Position numbers and translations under genes: made by a program
Notes under the pieces: model-generated
Told to the model about the DNA's origin: nothing
Database searches by the model: none
The model's input: only the letters and a program-made list of their open reading frames with translations
NCBI GenBank assembly: GCA_026770705.1
Contig: JANJGN010000052.1
Location: forward strand, 1,736,001-1,800,000
Direction of reading: 5' to 3'
DNA: 64,000 bases
From: Isurus oxyrinchus
Taxonomy: Eukaryota
Shown: piece by piece, positions 12,470 through 23,199 of the stretch
Position numbering within the stretch: the stretch's first letter is position 1
Layout of the letters: every line of letters begins with the position of its first letter

Positions 12470-13435
12470 ATCAGGGGCTGGAGGAGGTTACACAGATAGG
12501 GAGGATTGTGGGGGCTGTAGGAGGTAACAGAGATAGGGAAGGCTGTAGATACTGGAGGAGGTTACGCAGAGAGGGAGGGTGGTAGGACCTGGAGGAGGTT
12601 GCAGAGATAGGGAGGGCTGTAGGGATTTGAGGAGTTTATGGAGATGGGGAGCGTGTAGGGACTGGAGGAGGCTGCAAGGGCAGAGAGGGTTTTAGGGGCA
12701 GGAGGAGTTTACAGGGATAGGAAGAGTTGTAGGGGCTGGACGGATTGCAGAGGTAGGGAGGGTTGGAAAGGCTGGTGGAGGTTCCAGAGGTAGGGAAGGT
12801 TGCAGGGACTGGAGGAGTTTACAGAGATGGGGGAGTTTTTGGGGCAGGATGGGGTTACAGAAATAGGGAGGTTTGTAGGGGCAGGACGAGGTTAGATAGA
12901 TATGGAGTGTGGCTGGGGCTGAGGGAGGCTACAGAGATAGGGAGGGTTATAATGGCTGGAGGAGGTTACAGAGATAAAGGAAACTCTTAGGGACTGGAGG
13001 AGGTTACAGAGATAGGGAGGGTTGTAGTGGGCTGGAGGAGGTTACAGAAATATAATGGGTTGTAAGAGATGGACCAGCTTACAGAGATAGGGAGAGGTAT
13101 TCGGTCTGGAGGAGGTTGCAGAGATAGGGGAGGTTGTTAGGACTGGAGGAGGCTACAAATATCGCGAGGGTTATCGGGGCTTGAGGAGGTTAAAGAGATA
13201 GGGAGGGGTGTTGGGTCCAGAGGAGTTTGCAGTGATAGGAATGGTTTTCGGGATTGGAAGAGGGTACTGAGATAGGAGGGTTGTAGGGACTGGAGGAGTC
13301 TCCTGAGATAGGGAGGGTTGTAGGGACTGGAGGAGGCTCCTGAGATAGGGAGGGTTGTAGGGACTGGAGGAGGCTCCTGAGATAGGGAATGTTGCCGTGG
13401 ATGAAAATAAAGGAGGAGATTACTGTAATAGGGAG
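12470..13435. repeat. ~37-bp degenerate minisatellite (ggggctggaggaggttacagagatagggagggttgta)
   Basis: Tandem G-rich units adjoining an L2-like LINE; shorter mirror copy at ~39795-40090. Confidence 0.8.
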
Positions 13436-13439
13436 GAAC

Positions 13440-14390
13440 AATATTCAAAAATTTGGACATTGAGACTTTGCTTGACCAGGAGCCAGTCTCGGTCATCGAG
13501 CAGAGCGGATGATAAGGGAACGGGACTAGGTGTGAGTAAGGACGTGGTCAGCAGTTTTGGATGGCCTCAAGTTTATGGAGTGTAGAGCGTGTGTTGGAAC
13601 AGTCGAGTCTGGAGGTAATGAAGGCGTGGATGAGGGTTTCAGCAGCAGATGAGCTGAGACAGGGTGATGTCATGCGATGTTACGGAGGTGGAAATAGACG
13701 GTGTTAGTGAGGGCGCAAAATGGAGGCCGGAAGCTCATCTCAGGATCAAATGGGACAACAAAGCTGTGAACAGATTGGCTTCAATCTCAGAGAGCTGCCA
13801 GGGAGAGGAATGGAGTTGGTAGCGAGGGAACAGAGTTTGGAGTGGGGAATGAAGACAATGGCTTCAGTCTTTCCAATATTTAATTGGAGGGAATTTCTGC
13901 CCATCCAGTACTGGATGTCGGATAAGCAGCCTGATAATTTAGCAGCAGTGGAGGAGTCGAGAGAGGTGGTGGTGAGGTAGAGCTGGGGATCCTCAGTGGA
14001 CAGGTGAAAACTAACACTGTTCAGATGATGCTGCAAAGCCATTGCAAGTGATTCTCTGGCTACGATGAGATGGATAAGAATGGAGCCAGGGGAGAGCAGT
14101 CCCACCCAGCTGGACGACAGTGGAGAGGTGTTGGAGGAGGATGGTGTGGTCGAGCGTGTCAAAGGCTGCAGACAGATCGAGAAGGACGAGGAGGGAAAGT
14201 TGACCTTTGTCACAGTCACACAGGATGCCATTTGTGACCTTGATAAGAGCTGTTTCAGCACAGTGGCTGGGGTGGGAACCTGATTGGAGGGATTCAAACA
14301 TGGAGTTCCGGGAAAGATGGGAACGGATTCGGGAGATGGAAACACGTTCAAGGACTTTGGAGGGGAAAGAGAGGCTGGAGATGGGACGGG
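13440..14390 (-). mobile_element. L2-like LINE RT fragment (mirrored at 38840-39790)
   Basis: RPISSL..SKVLERV, HCAETALIKVTN, LLVLLDLSAAFDTLDHTILL, LQLNIGKTEAI motifs. Confidence 0.85.
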
Positions 14391-14665
14391 AGATTACACA
14401 GGCAGTGTGAGGGGTGGAAGGTGTAGTGAGGAGGAGATACTTCACTCAGGTGGGAGGTGTCATCACCCCTCAGCTCGGTTTACGTTACAGCTATGATGTG
14501 GATTCAATCAGACACAATAAGCTCATGGATCTGGGAGCAGAAATAGGCAAATCATTAAAAATAGTGACGCTGGTTAACACGGCCAAAAAACAAGCAAATC
14601 AAACACTATTATTTCCCATTGAGTGTTGGATGTGAATTGTTGAGTAATTATAACACAGCACTTAC

Positions 14666-15043
14666 CAGAAACGTGAAGCTGGGTTTCAGGGTAATAGTTA
14701 TGGCTCGGACGATTGCCAAATTTTATCGTGAAAAAATAAGGTCCTGCATCTTCCCATCTGATGTTGTTTATAATCAGGGAACAGTCGCCATCTTTCAGGT
14801 CTCCAGACAGCCGGGTCCGATGGTGGAACTGTGATAACTCGCGACTGTGACCCTTGGAGTGAAAGGCTATAGACCATTTAGACCATTTGTTCCGTATGTA
14901 TCTTCTCATTTTCCAGATTCCGACCTGTGGTTTCTTTACCAAATCTGATGGATAACTGTAATGACATGGAATCTGTACACACGAACCTTCCTGCGCTGTC
15001 ACCTCTCGTGGAGTGTCACCTTTCCACTCTTGTGACAATCCAA
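14666..15043 (-). CDS. Gene A Siglec V-set exon V1 (essential Arg replaced by Thr, YFFTIK)
   Basis: 378-nt phase 1-1 exon, VGLSQEWKGDTPREVTAQEGSCVQIPC...PETQLHVS. Confidence 0.92.
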
Positions 15044-15299
15044 CTGGGGAGAGAAATATCAATATTTAATCTGGATGTTTTGTTGATCCACTAGACTCGA
15101 TATCCACCTCCTCCATCACTCGGGCACAGTGGCTGCAGTGTGGACCATCTATAGGACACACAATGAACCCCACAAGGTTTCACACCGGATGGAAGAGAAT
15201 CCTGGACACAAAAGCGGAAAAGTTCATTCTACATTGGTTCATGGTCCTCAGGACCCTGTTTGTGCAGAAGCCTGTTCTCCAACAGAACTGAAGTTGGGG

Positions 15300-16958
15300 A
15301 CAATGCATTTGGAATTCCACTGTCCGGGGCATTGGGTTAACTTGCTGATTTTGTTTTAAATCTAACATCTATTTTTGGTCTGTTGCCTTAAAGGGAGTGT
15401 GACTGGGAGTCAGGTTAATTAGGAATTTTAGGAGTTATGATAGCAGTAATTGTAGTTATGTATGTGCTTGAAATCTTTTATTTTGATGACAAATATGTTA
15501 ATTTATTGTTTTAAATCTCTAAAGGTATGGGGGAGTTATTGCTTCTGAATTAAGTGCACACATCTCATAATAAATACAAATTGCAAAATCATTATGATAG
15601 TGTGACCAGGTTTCTCTCAAGGACTTGGTCTGCCTGGCACACATCACCTGCCAAGTGATAACACTGTTGTAATATGCCTTTCAGGGACAGCAGCATGACA
15701 TCACTCGAGGGGAAGTGTGTCATGTGATTTTTAGGAACTGGTGTTCGCTTAAGTAAGTTCTATGTGTATTTGTGTGCATTAGGCAAAAGGTCTATCTTTA
15801 AGTTCAAGTTTAGTTTGTATTTCTGTATTTGGGTGTTGAGAAAAGGGTGAACTTGTGTTAAAAAGAAGCCAGCATTCCATTGAGGTTTAATGACTGTTGA
15901 AGGGAAGTCAAAACAAATACAAGGTGTAAGAAACTGTGCTGTTGCCTAGCAACAGTGATGCAGAGGGTAGGACTCACAGAGAGAGAGAAAAACAGAAAAG
16001 TACTTTCTGTTCTGTTGAAAGGAGTTGCCAGGAGAAGCAGCAAAGGAGCGGGACAGATAGTCAGTCCCAAAGTAAAGAAGAAGCCAAAACTATAGAGTTT
16101 GACAGGAGAAAGGGCCCAAGAAAACCTTCTAGTCAAATCTGGAAAAGGCCCTGTAAAGTGAAGTTAAGAGTGAGGAGCAGAAGAAGGCTTCAAGCATAAA
16201 GGGAGAAAGCAGCAGGACACAGGCCTAAAGCAAAATAGGCTTGCGAGAAGCCAGAAGATCCTGGGAGACACCACAGGTTGGTGACTCATTACTACGGCCA
16301 TGTGAAGCCATGGTGTTCCATTGACACGGCTGAGCATTGGAGAGACAGGGCGTGGAAGGAAGGCTGAATGCACGTGGCGATCCAGGGGGCAGGAACATGG
16401 GAAGGAGAGTTTGAAATAGTGAAAGTGGACCCTTGTGGAAGGTGTCTGAGTGAAAGTGTCATGTTGGAGGAGACTCCAAAGTGAGTTCTTGGAGAGTGGA
16501 GATTGGAAACTCTCATATGAAAGAAGCTTTTCAGTGAGACTGGTTGGCTCACAGTGTAACAAGCGTCTGGGGACAAATGAGACATAGAATTTGTTTCAAG
16601 TGGGCTCTGCCACTTGCTTTCAGAATGTGGCATCCCTGACCACAGGTCGTCTATTGGTTTACATCGACTGTGTACTTAGTGTGAACATGAGAGTATAAGA
16701 TAGTTACAGTAACTTGTGTTCTACTTATGAATCTTTAAAGGGATAGATCTGGGTGAATCAGTAATGTCATATAGTTTGTCTTTCCTAGTTTAATAAATGT
16801 TTTATTCTTTTGTTAGAAGTTCATCAGATGACTCCTGTGACTCTGTTCAGTAGCCGCACTCCACATTCCTAAATAAAAAATAAAAGTTAGGACCTATCAA
16901 GCTGAGTTCCACCCTGGGATCTGACTTGCCCAGTAGTAACATCAGCTGGGATGGTAAC
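15300..16958 (+). mobile_element. LTR-like repeats (two adjacent pieces each ending ...taaca), mirrored at ~36236-37930
   Basis: tgttg...taaca ends, AATAAA boxes, no coding capacity. Confidence 0.45.
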
Positions 16959-16984
16959 ACCATCCAGTCCAAGTCTCACTTTGG

Positions 16985-19900
16985 CCTGTGAGCAGAACAC
17001 AGCTCACACAGTTTGGCCGCAGGTGTCTCCCAGCTTTCTATCCTTGTATATCTGTTCTTATGTCCCTATTCTAAATAACTGAACCCACAATGTATTTACC
17101 CAATTCCGTATCAGTGGTTGGTGCCTTTATATCATTATAAAAACACAACATGGTGATCAGCGGTGGCCAAACATTCTGGCAGCAAGATTCAGTACAGGTA
17201 TGACGTGGTGAACAGCCTTAGATCGAGCTACATGACATGAGACGACCCTCGACGCTTTGGTCAGACCACAACAGAGACACAGCATCAGAGAGGGTTGAAA
17301 TTGCAGTGTACTGACTGCTCAGGAAACCTTTGAAGACACAGTGACGGGAAAGAGCTCAAGTAAAGAGCTGGGGAGCAGACGGATCCCTCGTGGTGAGATT
17401 ACAGCACACGGCCTGTAGGTCAGTGAGTGGGACAGTGTGTATCGCCAGGACCAGCAGCGGGTTAGCTCAGTCAGGGAAGGCGAGTGACCAGAGTGTGGGC
17501 TGGATCGATAGTGAGCGAGGGAGAGTCAAACACACAAAAACCATTATAAAAATCAGCCCAGAGAAGTTAGTGATTATAACGGGCGGCTTCGAGATTGCTG
17601 AACAGCAAATTGAATAAAAAACAAAGACTCCATTACTCCGTGGTGTGTTCCTGCCACAACCCGTCTCCGTGGGCGGAGCTTCGGAAAAGCACACAAAAGG
17701 GGCTAAAGCGACACTCATCCCAGATCCTGTAGGAGAAGGAAGGTCAAAGGAATATTGTCAGAATGTCCACAAAATTCCCCAGTTTGAACTGGGATGTAGC
17801 TGACCGACTATCTGAATTCAGAATGTTTAAACAGCGTACAGAGCTCTGGTTTCCTGATTCAGGTGTGACTGAACCAGACGAACCACCCATAAAAATTCAC
17901 CTCACGATTGGGAATGAAGGTCTACACAGGCTGAACACGTCAGGATTAACAGCAGAAGAGCGAAAGGATCCCCAATAGATATGGACGACATTGGAAGACA
18001 GGTTCAGAATCAGGTGAAACTCCATATTCATCAATTAGAGTTTATGTCATTTCATCAGCCTACACAATCCATAGACCACTTCATCAGCCGATGTAGAGAA
18101 AAGGGTACGCACTGTGATTTCAAACACAGAGCCTGCAGACACAGTTGTTGAGTTGGTGATCGCATCCACTCCCATGGAAGCCTTCCAGAAAGATCTGCTA
18201 GATAAGACCAAAACCTATAGCATTGAAGAGCTACTCAAGGATGGACATAAATACGAAGTGATCCTCGCAGGTCAACGAAGATTACAGGTCCTCAGTACAA
18301 CATAAGTTGTTGACACACTCACTAGAACATCCAAACCTAGTGAGACGTGTGGAAGGTGTGGCCTTCTGCAGGCACCAAGGAAATGCCCAGCTTTCCACCA
18401 ATCCTGCAAGGCTTGTGGCAGAAAGGGCCATTGACAGTGGCAGGGCACTAGTGCAAAGGCTGATGCAGCTACAAAGAGCCGTGCACTGATCCAAACAGAC
18501 CCTACACAACGGGGAACCTTCAATCAATAAGAATGACCATCCGCTATCCCATCAGGAACATATACATGTGGTGACTGACAAACCAGGAAATGGCGATGAT
18601 GTACATGGTGAGACGAGGAGCGGTGATCGATATTCCACCTCTCACACATATCCTGACGTGGCTTGCCAATAAATTGTGGATTGTTGTCCTTAATGATCTC
18701 TCTGGGCACATCAAATAAACTGAAAATGTCCCAATGGGGTGGGATTTTCTGGCCCCACCCACTGCCAGGATTGCCCGGTCCGGCCAAAAGCCAATGGATT
18801 TATATTTGTCCCTATCTCCCAGGCAGGTCCCACCATGACTGGGCCGGAAAACCCCGGCCTAGAGTTTGTGCAACATTTGTGCTCAACGTTTTGTGCAATT
18901 GTTGAACAATTTCACACCTTTTACACCATCAATCTAATGGAGAACAGATGCCGTCACATCACCCGCACTATTGGCCAAGATTCCAATTATCTGCCCTGAG
19001 AAAGTTGCTACCTCTCCTTTATTGGCCAAGATTGACACAAGGGCAAGTGCCAACATTCCCCTCCCCCCGACCACCCCAGCAAATTTTCAAAGACATGTAT
19101 CCAAGGACATGGAAGTCCATGGGGAAACCTACTGCTGTGTACAACACTTCACCAACTCCATGTGCGGAATACATAGTCCTGGGGTGCAAGTACAATCAAT
19201 CCTCCTGGGTGTCACAGATGTTCTACATCGTGGAGACTAAAGGCTGAGCAATTGCAAGTCTACCGGCATGCGGTGACCTCACACTAGTGACAATCCATGG
19301 AATCTGTCAGACCTCACATGGGTCAACCTCAGAAACTACCCCATCAACTCAGTTCATGGACATAACATTGAAATATGCAGAAAGTTTCAACAGTATTTGC
19401 AGTTTCAAGGGAGCTGCAACATTACACCTGCAGGAGAATGCAAGTCTGTCAATTGATCCAGTACATTTAGCACAACAGAAATGCCAGCATCTACAAGAGG
19501 GGACAGTGAAAAATTCTACAGGAAATGTGGAAATATCATTGAAAGGGTGGCCTGATTCAACTTGATGTCATCGGGATAAGCGAGGCATCTCCCAGGGAGT
19601 CATTTTTAATGGCAGGCATCGCATCATACCAGAACCTTTGTGATGATATATTCTTCAACAACTTCATCCTTCACACATGGGCACAGATCAGACAAGGAGA
19701 CTCCCAAGAGATACAGTCCCTGGCCGGGTATAAACAATGACCTTGAAGTCATTGTAGGGAAGTTCGAGGCTTGTCAAGAGGATGAGCCAAGTCAACACAA
19801 AGAACCACTGATTCCACAGGAAATTCCTGCCCATTCTTAGTCCAAAATCACATCTGAATCCTTTCATGTCCATGTCACTGACTTCATCGTCGTCGACAGC

Positions 19901-21000
19901 TTTACCAGATATCCCGTTATTCAAAAATAGCACAACACACCGAGCACAACTGCTGCTTACACTCTAAGCACTATTTTCAGTTTATTTGGTGAGCCTAGGG
20001 ACATGATTACAGATAATCTGGAATATCAATCACACTACTTCTTCTCCTCATTACCCCAGATCTAACAGCCTAGCTGAATGAATGATTCACACAGTGAAAT
20101 CCCTAATTCTCAAATGTAGACAGGCCAAGCAAGATCCACACATTGCAATGTTACATCTGAGATCGACACCTACAACTGCAACTTTGTTAAATTCATTCAC
20201 GGGATGTGGGAGTCACTGGCCAGGCCAGGATTTATTACCCATCCCTAATGTAAGAATCAACCACATTGACGTGGAGTGTGGAGTCACATGTCGGCCAGAC
20301 AATTTTGTTCCCTAAAGGGCACTGGTGAACCAGGTCGGATTTCCAACAATCGTTTTGTGGTCATCACTGGACTTTGAATTTCATCTTTTTATTTATTTCA
20401 AATTCCATCATCAATTATGGCAGGATTTGAACCCATATGCTCAGGACATTACCCTGGGTCTCTGAATTACTCATCCAGCAACAATACCACTACACCATCA
20501 CCTCACCTTATTCCATCACTGACAGAGAGCATGTTTGGTGGGCCAGTAGTGACCAATTTCGCTATTCTTACCCATTCTACTCTCTCAGAAACCAGAGCGC
20601 AACTTTTAAAACTACAAGAGAAGATAAGGAATGTTCATGATCAAAATTATGGTGCAGAGTTGCCAAGTTTACAGTTGGGACAAGTTCACATCCAGGATCC
20701 CACAGAAGGTTCATGACCACCAGCTGAGGTGACAAGGATTTGTTCAGAACCAAGGGCCTATGGAGTCAAACACACAAGGGCACAGCGGTGAGGCGGAACC
20801 GAGGATAAATCAGATCCATTCCTGCTCCTATTCCATCGAGGAGAAGATCCCACATGAAATCAGGAACAACATCCAAGGGTGACAATCCCACAGATCACTG
20901 TGAGCAGTTAAAGACACCTCCAGACAAGGTAACCAGCATAAGATCTGGGTGTACCAGAAGGTCAAATCCACACTTTAGAGACTCAAATATTCAACAGTTC
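16985..21000 (+). mobile_element. Degenerate Ty3/Gypsy LTR retrotransposon (gag, Zn knuckle, protease, integrase relics)
   Basis: Gag-like MSTKFPSLNWD...FRMFKQRTELWF; CGRCG...CPAFHQSCKACGRKGH knuckles at ~18345-18430; KIDTRASAN protease-like motif; WPGINNDLE..ACQE and SSPHYPRSNSLAE integrase motifs; many stops. Confidence 0.8.
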
Positions 21001-22034
21001 CGTACACTTATGTAATTGTCAATAAATATGAACATGATATGAGAAACCGCTTGCTCCCTGTCCTTCTCAAAGATCCATTCCTGCAGCAGGAGCCTGAAGA
21101 GTTATTGAAAAGGGACTTAATTTATCGGATTGTCGAATGATCTGGAACAGAAGGAAGCCATTTGGCCCATCGAGCCTGTGCTGGGCCTTTGAAAGATCTG
21201 TCCAATTATTCCCACTCTCCCCTCTGCTCTCTCCCCCACAGCCCTGCAAAATGTCCCCTTCAAGTATTTATCCAGTTCCTCTTCTGAAAATTCCTGTTGA
21301 ATCTGCTTCCACCGCCCTTTCAGGCAGTGAGTCAATGGTCTCTCTCTGAGCTGCAAAGTGATAAGTTTCAATGAAATATAAACTCTGCAGCAGATCAGAA
21401 ACCATCATGATAACTCAGAATATTTGACAGTTTTACATACAGACAGCTTTGCCTCCCTTCTCTCTATCAGTTATCTTGCTCCCTTATCGAATTTTCTAGC
21501 ATGGTGAGAAGGGACAGGAAGTGTGACGCTGAACTGCCTGTCTAATCTAAGAGCTTCTGTGTTGTCTTCATGGGAAATTCTGATGAAAATCAGCAAGAGA
21601 GAAAAATTTCAGGGCATTGATATCGGAGTGCTAGCATCAGGATAGACTTCATCCCCCAGTTTTTATCCCTGCTTCTCTATTCAGCCGATCGCTCCCCTGT
21701 CACTCGCTGACCTACACTGGCTCCCAGTCCAGCAATAACTCAATTTTCAAAATCTCTTCATTGATTCCTTATCCCTCCATCCTCCCTCTCCACTCCCTAT
21801 CACTGTCACTTCCTCCAGCCCTGAAACCCTTTGAGGTCTCTGCTGTCCTCCAATTCTGCTGTCAGACAGGGAGTCAGTGTATATCAGTGAGCACAGGGGT
21901 GATGGGTGAATGGGACTTGGTGTGAGTTTGTACACTGGCTCACTGCTGAACCGGTTCCCTATCAGAGCTCAATAAGAATGATCTTTTACAAAGACTATTA
22001 GCCATAAGTCTGTCCAAGCTGACGATGATATTAC

Positions 22035-22074
22035 CTTGGAGAAGTGACAGGAGGAAGTAAGATTTCCCGATCAC
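22035..22074 (-). pseudogene. Gene A signal-peptide exon with start codon mutated to GTG: (V)IGKSYFLLSLLQ
   Basis: Matches the four plus-strand leader exons except ggacaGTGatc in place of ggacaATGatc; GT donor intact. Confidence 0.85.
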
Positions 22075-22524
22075 TGTCCACTCCCAGATATTCCTTTAGC
22101 TTCTGACTCTCAAACTGTGAAAGAGAAAGGAGTTAATGAGACTTCACCTCTTGTCCGACAGCTCTCGAGAGATCAGAACTGCTTTTAGACATTGTCTACA
22201 CAGACTAATTTGGTTCTCTGTGGGATGATAGGTGCTCTGCAGAGAGTTAAAAAGCTTTAAAAAAATAGATCAATGAAGGACTTGCATTTCTATATCGCCT
22301 TTCACCACCTCAGGATGTCCCAAAGCTCATGTCTCTGCACTTCCCTCATCCCTTGAGCTAGAAAGATGTTCTGTACAACAGACTTGAGCCTCACACCCAG
22401 ATCACAATAATCAGTAGAAATCTTTCAAAGGCATCAATCATTGGAATCTGTTTTTATAAAGTCACAACATCAACAAAGGACGGTGTTGGTGGTGGAAGTG
22501 AATTCCAATCATTCCGTTACTTAC

Positions 22525-22670
22525 CCAGGACCTGTCCGACTGCTTGCCTGGGGAGGAACTGCCCACACGCTCTGCTTGGGCTGAATGACCTCTTCCTGTG
22601 CTGCTGCCTCTGTGTATTTAATGAGAAAGGGTTGATGTGTCACTGTGAGACAAAATGAGGAAGTTGGATC
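22525..22670 (-). promoter_or_regulatory. Gene A putative promoter and non-coding exon 1
   Basis: Conserved block ending in the strong donor ggtcctgg|gtaagt; PU.1/Spi-type site AAAATGAGGAAGT at ~22652-22664. Confidence 0.6.
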
Positions 22671-22904
22671 AAAGTGACAGAACAGGTCGTGTTTTGAGTT
22701 TTTTGAAGCTGTTAACCCTTTGCGTTCTGGACTTGTGATGATATTTCTGCTCAAAAGTGTAAAGTCATTGACCAGGAATTTCTCCTGTGTGTCACTGGAT
22801 TTCGAACCCTCTCTCTCTCTCTGAGTGAGAAGTTCGTCAGTTCGAAATTCATTTGGCAAAATTCAGGCTGGCAAACCAGACCGGCACTCGGTGTCAGGAC
22901 TGAG

Positions 22905-23170
22905 AGTCCTGCACAGTCGGAGAGTCAGTACTGACTTAGTGCTGCACTGTCGGAGGGTCTGTACTGCGAGTGTTGCACTCTGGGTGTGCCAGTGCTGAAG
23001 GAGTGCTGCACTGTCAGATGGTCAATGCTGAGGGAGCGCTACACTTTTCAAGCATCAGTACCTAGGGGCTGCTGCACTATCAGGGGCTCATGACTAAGGG
23101 ACCACTGCACAGTCGGAGGGTCCGTACCCAGGGAATGCTGCACTGTCGCAGGCTCAGTACCGAGGGAGTG
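22905..23170. repeat. 33-bp minisatellite, degenerate, upstream of the gene A promoter
   Basis: About 8 diverged units; positional mirror of 31590-32010. Confidence 0.85.
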
Positions 23171-23199
23171 CAAACTAAAGTAGTGACAAGGGTTGAATA

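Larger units (their letters stand above)
8300..22615 (-). pseudogene. Siglec-like gene A (leader-V1-V2-C2-[broken Ig]-TM(Arg)), activating type, probably pseudogene
   Basis: All exons are in order on the minus strand. Lesions: start ATG>GTG (22072-22074), TAA at the end of the C2 exon (10035-10037), frameshifted and truncated Ig exon at 9558-9737. Confidence 0.75.
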
